The notes below the pieces were generated by a model that saw nothing but the letters and a program-made list of their open reading frames with translations, was not told the DNA's origin and ran no database searches. Below, piece after piece: positions 17,299 through 27,700 of a stretch of DNA of 64,000 nt. The translations under genes and the position numbers were made by a program. Each line of letters begins with the position of its first letter. Position 1 is the stretch's first letter. Source of the stretch: a virus (lineage: Duplodnaviria; Heunggongvirae; Uroviricota; Caudoviricetes); the IMG/VR virus record IMGVR_UViG_3300001765_000263, positions 1-64,000 of that record; one strand, given 5' to 3'.

Positions 17299-18934
17299 CA
17301 ATTTAAATCAAATATTAGGTTTCGGTGACGATATTCATAGATCAATACCTACACAAGTTGGAACATTGCGTACTTGGAAAACAGTAAATTGTCAAACATC
17401 AAAGACATTAGCAACAGATACATTAAATCGTGCTTGGTTGTGGGGATATGATGGATATGGAGAATTTGGATTAGGCGAATCTGGCAAGGTATTTTCAACA
17501 CCAACCTTATTAGATGAATATTCAATTGCCTTTACACCACTACTTACTGTGTATGGATGGAATAGTTCTGGCAAATTTGGAGACCCACAAACCTTTTTTT
17601 TATTACCAAAAACACTGGATTATGCCGATTCTGATTGGATTAACTCTTATATAAAAAACACCATGTATCATATGGCAATAGTTAAAGGAAATGGTACATT
17701 ATGGGCAACTGGAAATATACTATATGATCAATATTTGTATACTACAGCATCATCACCTGTACAAATTGGATCACTTTCTGATTGGAGTAAAGTTTCAGTT
17801 GGTGAAGCGTACACAATGGCATTAAAAATGGACGGTACGCTATGGACGTGGGGAAATGCTGCCGAAGGAAGATTGGGGGTTGGTGATGACTCACCTAGAT
17901 ACTCTCCGACACAAGTTGGAGTGTCTAGTGATTGGGATAGTGTTAGTTGCGGGTTGTGGCACACCGCAGCAATTACTATTAACGGTGTAATGTGGGCATG
18001 GGGAACACAGGCATCTTATGCACTAGGAAATGGTAATAGTTATGGATATCAACCATCTCCAATAGAAATTACACAGGAATATGATAGTTCATTAGCAGTA
18101 GTACCGACAACAAACAATTGGAATCAGGTTAGTTGTGGCTCAAATTATACTTTAGCGATAAAAACTACTGGCACGTTATGGGGTTGTGGATATAATAATA
18201 GTGGGCAATTGGGGCTTAGTAGTTATAATAATTCTCCATACTTTAGACAAGTTGGAACTTTATCTAATTGGTCTAAAGTTGATACTGCCAATAATTCAAG
18301 ATTTAGCACTTTAGCAGTCAAAACAAATGGTACATTGTGGGCATGGGGAAGAAATGATTATGGACAACTAGGATTGGGAGATACATTACCAAGAATTTCT
18401 CCAGTGCAGGTTGGAACTAATACCAATTGGAGTGATGTGTCTTTTGTAGAGTATTATACTTTAGCATTAAACAATCAGGGTGGATTGTTTCAATGTGGAT
18501 ATTGGAATAATAACTATGTTGTTACATTAACAGAAGTCGAACCAAACTCAACATGGTCAAATTTTTATGTTAAAAACACCCCAATAAAAACTCATATAAC
18601 AGATATCTATTGGAAAGACACTGATATATCATTGGAGAATTTCATTGGTATTAAAGAAGATGGCACACTATGGGCATGCGGGTATTATGCTGTAGAATTG
18701 ATGGGATTTCCTGGTGAATACGGTGCGCCAACATCAACATCGTCATTAGTTCAAATTGGAATGGATACAGATTGGAAAACATGTTCTGTAAATTTTGGTA
18801 CTGCAGCAGTAATTAAAACTGATGGCACATTATGGACATGTGGATATAATTATTTCGGTGGATTAGGACTAGGTGACAATATTAATAGATCATCACCAAC
18901 ACAAGTTGGAAACTATCTACATGGAAAGAGGTAA
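17180..18934 (+). CDS. RCC1-like repeat protein, middle segment. There is no ATG and the listed GTG start lies inside the upstream repeat, so this is probably a continuation rather than an independent gene.
   Basis: The blade pattern continues in the +1 frame immediately after the break (…TTWKEVSCAYNRLFAIKTDGSLWGCG…). It ends at a second frame break in the second repeat copy. Confidence 0.45.
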   Translation: MTILIDHHQHKLETTWKEVSCAYNRLFAIKTDGSLWGCGDNLNQILGFGDDIHRSIPTQVGTLRTWKTVNCQTSKTLATDTLNRAWLWGYDGYGEFGLGESGKVFSTPTLLDEYSIAFTPLLTVYGWNSSGKFGDPQTFFLLPKTLDYADSDWINSYIKNTMYHMAIVKGNGTLWATGNILYDQYLYTTASSPVQIGSLSDWSKVSVGEAYTMALKMDGTLWTWGNAAEGRLGVGDDSPRYSPTQVGVSSDWDSVSCGLWHTAAITINGVMWAWGTQASYALGNGNSYGYQPSPIEITQEYDSSLAVVPTTNNWNQVSCGSNYTLAIKTTGTLWGCGYNNSGQLGLSSYNNSPYFRQVGTLSNWSKVDTANNSRFSTLAVKTNGTLWAWGRNDYGQLGLGDTLPRISPVQVGTNTNWSDVSFVEYYTLALNNQGGLFQCGYWNNNYVVTLTEVEPNSTWSNFYVKNTPIKTHITDIYWKDTDISLENFIGIKEDGTLWACGYYAVELMGFPGEYGAPTSTSSLVQIGMDTDWKTCSVNFGTAAVIKTDGTLWTCGYNYFGGLGLGDNINRSSPTQVGNYLHGKR

Positions 18935-19233
18935 GTTGTGGGTATAAAAGTTTTATTGCACTAAAGACAGATGGCACAATATGGACATGTGGGTATAACA
19001 ATTATAATTTAGGATTTGACGACGCACTTCATAGATCGTCACCATGTCAAGTCGGAACATTATCCACATGGTCTGATATAACTATAACTGAAAATGCAAT
19101 TGGTGCAATTCAAGGTATAGCAGGAACTGGTACAACTAACATAGTAAATATACCGTTCAACTTTAATATTCAATCAGATTGGAATAAGGCTAATTCTGAA
19201 TTGATTACTGCCGTTAAAGGGAGAACTGTGTAA
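18889..19233 (+). pseudogene. RCC1-like repeat, 3' segment back in frame 1 (no start codon). With the two ORFs above it looks like a single frame-disrupted or recoded gene.
   Basis: Frame 1 is open from 18889 to TAA at 19231-19233. It encodes …TWKEVSCGYKSFIALKTDGTIWTCGYNNYNLGFDDALHRSSPCQVGTLSTWSD…, i.e. further blades. Confidence 0.35.
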
Positions 19234-19523
19234 TGCCAGCAATTACTAGATTAGGTGTTGATCCTAGTGCAGGACATTGTTTTCCTCCGAGACCAACTGA
19301 TACTGCAGGACAAGGAAGTGTTTATTGTAATAACATATTGGCAACAGTTATTGGCGCACATTACCCAACACATTGTTGTCCACCACCATGTCATGATGGA
19401 GTAGCATCACAAGGTTCGCCTAATGTATTCTATGAAAATATACCAGTTCATAGAATTGGTGATGCCATTAGTTGTGGTGATATATCAGCATCTGGATCAC
19501 CTGATGTATTCGCTAATGGGTAA
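19233..19523 (+). CDS. 5.4: PAAR-repeat spike-tip protein (T4 gp5.4-like)
   Basis: 96 aa. GSPNVFYENIPVHRIGDAISCGDISASGSPDVFANG shows PAAR motifs. A His/Cys cluster (GHCFPP...HCCPPPCH) fits the Zn site. Confidence 0.75.
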   Translation: MPAITRLGVDPSAGHCFPPRPTDTAGQGSVYCNNILATVIGAHYPTHCCPPPCHDGVASQGSPNVFYENIPVHRIGDAISCGDISASGSPDVFANG

Positions 19524-19631
19524 CATAAATATATCATTAAGTAACAATTGATTAATTAATGTATCACATGCAAGAGGGGACATGGAATTCTCTCACATTT
19601 CTACAATTATGTCAAGTTTATTTGGAAAAAT

Positions 19632-20024
19632 ATGCAACAAAATTACCTTTACTCAGACTTTGGTCTTCTCTTTAAGAAACATCCTACAACACAGGATATG
19701 ATTCTTAAGTATGACGTGGATTCGGTCAAACAAGCATTGCAAATATTGTTCTTAACCAACAATTATGAGAAACGGTTTGACCCAAAATTTGGGGTTGGTA
19801 TTTACCATATGTTGTTTGACAACATTACTCCATTGACAAAGATTACCCTACTCAAAAAGATACAAAATCAGTTAGCCTACTACGAACCTCGTGTTGTTAT
19901 TGATGATCTGCAGATCAACGTAGATAAAGGTGACAATAATGAAATTACCGTGGATTTCTATTTCCATGTGGTAGGTCAGCTAAAAACAGAACTTTTAACC
20001 CTTAATTTTGCGAGAATTAGATGA
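19632..20024 (+). CDS. 25: baseplate wedge protein gp25 (GPW/gp25 family)
   Basis: 130 aa. YLYSDFG...VKQALQILFLTNNYEKRFDPKFGVGIYHMLFDNITPLTK...YEPRV matches T4 gp25 KLYSDID...RPFDPEFG...LFENMTPLTA...YEPRI. Confidence 0.85.
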   Translation: MQQNYLYSDFGLLFKKHPTTQDMILKYDVDSVKQALQILFLTNNYEKRFDPKFGVGIYHMLFDNITPLTKITLLKKIQNQLAYYEPRVVIDDLQINVDKGDNNEITVDFYFHVVGQLKTELLTLNFARIR

Positions 20025-21781
20025 GCACATTAAACAGTAAAATCCGTGTATCAGAACTTGATTTTGAGTCTATCAAGACCAATTTTAAATCGTTCATGTC
20101 TGCACAGTCAGAATTTGCCGACTATGATTTCGAGGCATCTGGAATGTCTATTCTTATGGACTTGCTTGCATATAACACATACTACAATTCTGTTCTGGCA
20201 AACTACACTGCAAATGAAACCTTTATTGACAGTGCGGTGAAGAGAGATTCTGTCGTGTCACATGCCAAAGCATTAGGATATACCCCAAAGGCAGTTAAAT
20301 CGTCTCGTGCTAAATTAAAAATGACTCTAAGGAATGTGATGGGAGAACCGTCACAATTAGTCATGCCAGCAGGTACGCCATTTGAAGCAACCATCAAAGA
20401 AGATGTGTATCAATTCGTTACTATCGATACCACTGTAGCACCTGTCAGTGACAACGAATTTACCTTTGACAGTTTCTATGTTTATCAAGGAATATTTCAG
20501 CAAAATACCTTTTATGCCAATGGAGACGTAGTAGAAAAGTTTACTCTACCAAATCCAAATGTGGATGTAACCAGCATACGTGTGTATGTGAGAAAGTCAG
20601 AGAGTGACTTGGATATGGTAGCGTATGGTCATGTTGATACTATTATTGATCTAAACCCAGAATCCATTGTGTTCTTTACACAAGAAGGCATTTCAAACTT
20701 GACAGAAATATACTTTGGTGATGGTATTCTAGGAAAGCAACTTGCTGCCGGTAACGTCGTTCATGTTACCTATATCACCTCTGCAGGACAGGTTACAAAC
20801 GGGTGTAAGGTATTTAAATTGACTGGTGCAGTTGAGGGGAATACCAACGCGACAGTGACTACATTAGAGATTGCATCTGGTGGTTCTGATGCCGAAGAAA
20901 TCGAATCGATTCGATTCAACGCAATGACATATTTTGGTGTTCAGAATCGTGCGGTTACAGCAGAAGATTCTCGTGCATTAGTTATGCAGAAATTCTCAAA
21001 CATCAAAGATATTATTGTGTGGGGTGGAGAGAAACAAACCCCTCCTGAATATGGCAAGATCTTCATATGTGTCCAACCAAAGAACACAGATTTCTTGACA
21101 ACATCTGAAAAAGAAGAGATTACCACTATTGTTAAACAACGTGCAGTAGCTAACATTTCACCTAAGTTTGTTGATCCAGAATTCATCGACATAGAATTAT
21201 ATGCAGATGTATATTATGATAGATTCAGAAATGATAAATCGACTGTAGATCTAAAGAATATAGTGGTGTCAGATATAAACGACTATGCAAACAAATTCTT
21301 AAATAGATTTGACAGCATTTTAAGGTATTCTTTAGTTAGTAAGATTATAGATTCGTCTGATTATTCTATTTTAAGCAACTTACTAAAAATAAAGGTTTAT
21401 AAATCATTTTTACCTGTATTATTTTATCAGAATATAATCAGTTTTAAATTCTACAATAATATTACTAGTATCGGTTCAACTGGTTTTTATGTTGAGGGTT
21501 TAGCAGAAAAAGTGTATGTAAGAAATAATGGATCTATTGCTCAATTATATTACTACACTGCAACAAAAGAATTAAAGATATATAAGGATGTTGGTACTGT
21601 AGATTTAACAAACGGAACTATTAATCTAGATCCATTGTTAATAACAAAATTTGATGGTTCTGAGATAAGGTTATATGCAACTCCATATATTAATGATGTG
21701 TTTTCAAAGAATAATAATATTACCAGACTTCAATCGAAGAATGTGTTTGTAAATATCTATGATGATAAAATAAGGTCATAA
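20021..21781 (+). CDS. 6: baseplate wedge protein gp6 (baseplate J-like)
   Basis: ADYDFEASGMSILMDLLAYNTYYNSVLANYTANETFIDSAVKRDSVV matches the T4 gp6 N-terminal block LDYDFEGSRLNVLCDLLAYNTLYIQQF...SFMRTANLRSSVV. Gene order is 25-6-7-8. Confidence 0.8.
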   Translation: MSTLNSKIRVSELDFESIKTNFKSFMSAQSEFADYDFEASGMSILMDLLAYNTYYNSVLANYTANETFIDSAVKRDSVVSHAKALGYTPKAVKSSRAKLKMTLRNVMGEPSQLVMPAGTPFEATIKEDVYQFVTIDTTVAPVSDNEFTFDSFYVYQGIFQQNTFYANGDVVEKFTLPNPNVDVTSIRVYVRKSESDLDMVAYGHVDTIIDLNPESIVFFTQEGISNLTEIYFGDGILGKQLAAGNVVHVTYITSAGQVTNGCKVFKLTGAVEGNTNATVTTLEIASGGSDAEEIESIRFNAMTYFGVQNRAVTAEDSRALVMQKFSNIKDIIVWGGEKQTPPEYGKIFICVQPKNTDFLTTSEKEEITTIVKQRAVANISPKFVDPEFIDIELYADVYYDRFRNDKSTVDLKNIVVSDINDYANKFLNRFDSILRYSLVSKIIDSSDYSILSNLLKIKVYKSFLPVLFYQNIISFKFYNNITSIGSTGFYVEGLAEKVYVRNNGSIAQLYYYTATKELKIYKDVGTVDLTNGTINLDPLLITKFDGSEIRLYATPYINDVFSKNNNITRLQSKNVFVNIYDDKIRS

Positions 21782-21786
21782 AGAGT

Positions 21787-24700
21787 ATGTCAAATTTAAA
21801 ACCAAATGTTCGTGATGTTATTGGTGGGCAATTTCCGGTTTTTATTAATAACGGAACATCTAATTTTGTACGATTTATAGAGTTGTATTATGAATGGATG
21901 GAAACTAATGGAAATCCATTGGAATTTATTCGTTATGTATTAGAAGAACACGACTATGATACCGCACAAGATAAGTTCAAAAGATTGATTGAAAGCGGAG
22001 TTCTTAATAATCTGGCAGTTCAAACTGATATTGATAAATCTATTCTTGTCAAGAACATAAAGCAATTTTTTAGATCGAAAGGGTCTGAGGACTCATTTAA
22101 GTTCTTATTTAATGTGATTTATTCTGAAGAGGTTGATCTTGAGTGGGGTAGAGATTTATATTTAAAATCGTCTGATTCTGCATACCGTATGGACACAATA
22201 TTAGTGGTCAGACAACCTACAGTTGATGTGACTGCAATACTTGAGTTTGGAAGTATTAAAGATGTTGTCATTAATTCGTCTGATTATGGGTTTTTCGAAC
22301 CTCCATCAATTAATGTAATTAGAAATATTGATGATGATATAAATCATATTATTCCTATTGTTGATTATGATTTAACTGGACATGTTATCCCAGAAGATGT
22401 TTCAGAAGATCCGGTTGAGGTTAAATTGATCAGTGGTGGAACTGGCTATATGGATGCTACTGTTGTTGTTCATGGAGATTGTGTAACACCTGCAGTTATC
22501 AACGCTACTGTTGAAGATGGAAAAGTGAAAAAATTATCTTTAGTATCTGGTGGTGTTGGATATAAAGAATTACCAACAATGACAATTGAGAGTCTCACAG
22601 GAAGTGGTGCTGAAGGAAGTTTAAAATGGACAGCAGTATTGGGGAACTTTGATATTATTGATGGAAAGAGTGGTTGGGCAGCACCTCCAACAATAACTTT
22701 CCTTGGTGGGTTGGGGTATGTTTATACATACGACATAGAAGGCAATATCACATCGTCAAGACAGTCAGAACCAGCACAAGTATTTTTTAATATTGATGAG
22801 AATGGCACAGTCAAGGACGCATATTTCACTGGAACTGAAGGCGAAAACTACACTTCAAAACCAACTATTCGTTGGAATATCCCAATTAATATTGATGCAG
22901 TATTAACCTCGTCTATATCTAGCACAAAAGTAACCAACTGTAATGTTGTTATTGGTGGTACAAACTATATCACACCACCAAGTATTGAATTTTCATATCC
23001 AATATATGACTATAGCAAGTTGGTTGGTGGAAGAATATCAACATATGGTGGCAGTTATGCAACTGCCATTGTGGATAGTGTTGTTGGAACCACTGTGAAT
23101 GGTATTGAATACACAATACTATATCTTCAGAAAGAAGGAATCACTGGAACTTTTGACAAAAATTCTGTACTTGTGGCAGATGTAGCAGGAGAACAACTTG
23201 TTGCAGTGAATACACCATTATTCTCAAAGGTGGATATCATCAGTGGTGGGTCTGGTTATAGAAAAGGTCAGATTGTAAATTTTGACGACGAGGGAGTTGG
23301 TGGAACGGTATTAATTGACGATGTATCTACTGGTGCAGTCGATGAAATCATTATTGCAAATCCTGGCCATGGATATAAAGTTGGGGACAAAATAACTTCA
23401 GAGGATGCCCTTGGTAGTGGTCTTGTGGCAAATGTAAACACCATTGACGGTATTGGGTTCAAAGGTGAAGTTATTGTAGAGATTGACGAAGTTAGAATTT
23501 TGGACAATGGATATGACTATGCAGTAAACGATATTATTTACATTTATGGTGGCGAAAAGGACGTAAGCAATATTTCTGATACCACAAAGTTCGCAAAAAT
23601 GAAAATCTTGGCAGTTGGTGACTCTGACGATCTTAGAGAACTGACCATTGCTAATGCTGGATATGGATATAGATACTCATCTCTTGCAATCATTGAAACC
23701 GGAAACCCAATACCACTAAGACAGATAAGACCGGACGGGTCAAACTATGATGAAAATCAAAATCAACCAATTGCGTCCGATCCACAAAATACTTTGACGG
23801 TGACATATTCACCTGTTGGTGAAATAAAACAAATATACTGTGAGTTGGTTGAACCAGATTTAGGAACAAAGAATATTACTGTTGTGTTGAATGGCACTGG
23901 CGCATCGTTAACAGAAACCGTAACCGCAGGGGAAATTACCAATGTGGTGATTAACACGTCAGGTGTTAACTATGTTTCACCAGTGGTAAAGGTGGTAAGT
24001 CCTACTGGATCAGGTGCTACATTTGATGTAGAAATAGATGGGTTTGGGAGTATAACCAATGTAAGCATTCTTCATGGTGGTTCTGGATACGCCGCAAGTG
24101 GATTGACAACATTAGAAGTTGTTGAAGAATATGGTGTTGGTGCGTTAATCACTCCTATCTTTAGACAAGGTGGAATAGATTCACTTAGTTTTGAAATGGA
24201 ACATCGTGGAGAGTTTAATGAGTTTAACAAATATGGAAAAGAAAGACAATATACTATTCTTGGTGGTTCTGGCACTGGTCTTGTGCTCGATCTATATTAC
24301 AGACCAAAATATATTAACGTAATTGATCCTGGAAAATATTATTCAAATTACACATTATCTGTAACTGAAGGGCATGGTTCTGGTTGTGTTGCAGTTGCTG
24401 AAATTAGAAGTGATGTAATAAAAACAATTGGTATGGTTGCAGTTGGTTCTGGATATAGCAGTGATGACGTAAGAGTAGTGATACAGTCAGAAAATGGTAC
24501 TGGTTTTATTGGAACTCCTGAAGTTGTGGCAGGAGAAATAACCGGAATAACAATTATTGATGGTGGATATGGGTATTCTGAAACTGATCAGATTGACATA
24601 ATTGGAGAAAACGTAACACCAGCATCTGCAGAAATAACTGACATTATTCACGGAACTTTAAGAAACATCAACCTTATCAGTGGTGGCTCACATTATCACC

Positions 24701-27700
24701 ACGAATGTCAAGCACGTGTAACAAGTATTCAAGGAGTACCAACTCAAGAAATAGTGATATCTCCGATTATTGATAATGGTGTCGTTAAAGATTTTGATAT
24801 TACAAATCGTGGCGAGGGGTATTATAACTTTGCAGATGTTATTAATGCAAATTGGGTTGACAGTGGTCACATAACATTTGGGTTTGATGTTAAAGTAAAT
24901 TTAATTGTTGGTGATAGAGTCGTTGTTAATGGATGCATACCATCTGGATACAATGCCGAATATACAGTTTTAAATGTAATGTATTTTGATCTTCTTGATG
25001 GTGATTTAAATATTATAGGTACGGGAACAAACATTCTAGTTAAACAAAATTTAAATCCTAGTGCATATGTGAGTGGTGGAAAAATAATCAAGCAGAATAT
25101 AGAAGTTGAAATCTACTATCAAGAAGAATATGAAGACACTGATGCGTCACACACTTTTTTTGGTGTAGGATCGTATAATGACAATACTTTTATACCTGAT
25201 GGAACTGGCACTGATTTTAGTACATACAGCATGTTACGCGGGTATTGTGACAGAACAGGAACAACTTGCGTTGTAACATATACAGGATCAGATTTGTACG
25301 CAGATGGGGAATCTGTGCATTTTGTATTTGATGATCCTACATTTGATACAAATTTGACACAAGTATATGTTATATCTAATTTGGATACTATTACGAAAAC
25401 GTTTGAAATCACAACAGACGTTTCTGGCACTGACACAACTTGGGCTAAGATAGTAACCCTAACAGACGTTTTAGATGATACCACAATATGGCCAACACGA
25501 GGATCTGGAATAATTAATACAATGTTTCAGGTTGTCGATTTTATTGACATGTGGCCACAGACTATTAATACTCCAAAAGATGCACGATATGATCTTATGC
25601 ATTCTGTATCTGGAAAAATAAAGACAGTTGATATTGTTAATGGTGGATATGGTTATTTTGATTCGTCTGAAAAAGTTCCTTTGACTATGCTTGTAAATGG
25701 AAATAGTGTTGGTACATCTGCCTCTGCCACTGCGGTAATGAGTGGTAATGTTGTTGATCATATTGATGTCACTGATGGTGGAGAGTTTTATACATCTGTA
25801 CCTACAGTAACAATTTCTGGTGTTGGTACGGGTGCTACGGCATCAGCAAATTTAACAGGATATATTAGAACAATCTCTGTTGATGATGCTGGAAGTAACT
25901 TCTATAGAAAACCAGATATCATAATTAGTGAGCCAGATGACATTGGTGGTATTCAAGCATCTGCTGAAGCAGTAGTAGATTTTATTGAACCAAACCCACT
26001 ACTCAGATATGTGATAAGAATTGAAGTGTTGAATGGTGGGACTGGATATGATGAAATGAATCCACCAAATGTCACAATTTCTGGAAATGCAACTGCAGTT
26101 GCTGTTGTCAATAACGGGGTTGTTGTTGGTATAAACATGACCGACAGAGGTAATAATTACACTGCGTATCCAACAGTTACTATTGATCCACCAATATCTG
26201 GTACGCAAGCTACTGCAGTTGCATGGATACCATGTGAATTAAAAACTATCACAGTCATTAATAGTGGAACTGGGTATCACAAAGAAACTCCACCAGTGGT
26301 TTCAACAAACGGTGGTGGTGGCACTAATGCAGTATTAACCCCACATATTGACTATACAGTTGGATCGGTTGATGTTATCAATGGTGGATCAGGATATACA
26401 TTAACACCATCTATAGTGTTCAGTGACAACAATAAAGGAAGTGGCGCAATTTTGTTGCCAGTTCTTAAGGATGGTTCGTTTATAGATGTAGAAGTTGTTG
26501 ATGGTGGTGGAAATTATACATCTGCGGATATCACTGTTGATGGTGGTCATATAGAAGGGACTACTGCAACATTCCAAGCATTTATAGAAAATGGTGCTAT
26601 TAAACGAGTCGGTGTGTTAAATGGTGGAACTGGTTATTACTATGGAACATCTGCTATTGTAATAGGTGATGGAAATGATGCTAAGATAGATATAAAAGTT
26701 GATTCTGGAATAAACCGATATGACGTTCGTGTTGGTGGAACTGGATATATCGAAGCAACCACGTCAATTTCAATTATTGATCATCCACCAGATGGTATAA
26801 CTGGTGGGTTTGGTGCAGAAATTATTCCCGTTATTGTTGATGGGGAAATCGTTGATGTTAAAGTTATTGAAAAAGGACAACAGTATCATAATCCTGAAGC
26901 GATAATTTCTCATGGTAGTGGGTCTGGGGCAGTTTTGTATGTATATGCAGATAGGAAAATCTCTGATGTTACTATTGTCAATAGAGGGTTAAACTATAGA
27001 GTTGCTAGTATTAAAATAACCGGAGACGGGGTTGGGGCAAACCTCAAACCAAACATTACTAAAACTTCTTTAGATAGTGCAAAGGTTACATACAAAGGAA
27101 ATCGGTATTCAAAATATCCAGTAATTAGTGTTAAAGATAACAGCAATTATGGGGCGATTTCTAGTACAACAGTGTCATCTGGTGGATATGGATATAGAGA
27201 GTTCCCTTCACTTGCAATAACCACTACTAGTGGTACTGGTGCTGAACTGCTTTCTTTCAGTAAGTCAATAGGAAAAATTAAAGACTTAAGATTTATGGAT
27301 TTTGCATTAGGAAATACTAACGAACCAATTGTTAGATTCCCTGCCACAATAATAGTATCTGAAGAAGCAGATTTTCTCCCTAATGAATATGTGTATGTTA
27401 AAACAGATGGGTCAATACCAGATAACATATTTGATGTACCACATGCTAGAGTTAGATTTCTAGATAAGTCAAAAAATATGTTATATGTTGATGACATGAG
27501 TGAACACTATTCATTCGCAACAGAAAATGGCAATAACATAATCATGGAGAATTATGAGACTAGTTCAACACTTATTCACGAAATGTCACAACAGATAAAT
27601 GAGGGTGATGTTTTTGTTGGTTATACTTCACAATCAGAAGGATCAGTTTTAAGATTCAATCGCGCTTATGGATATGGAATGTTAGAAGGGATAGGTAGAT

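Noticed and set aside
17131-18940. A diversity-generating retroelement (template/variable repeat pair) as an explanation for the 113/117-bp direct repeats
   Set aside because: The two copies are identical apart from a 4-bp indel, with no adenine-specific substitutions. No reverse transcriptase or accessory gene is present in the window. Duplication or recombination within a repeat gene is the simpler explanation.
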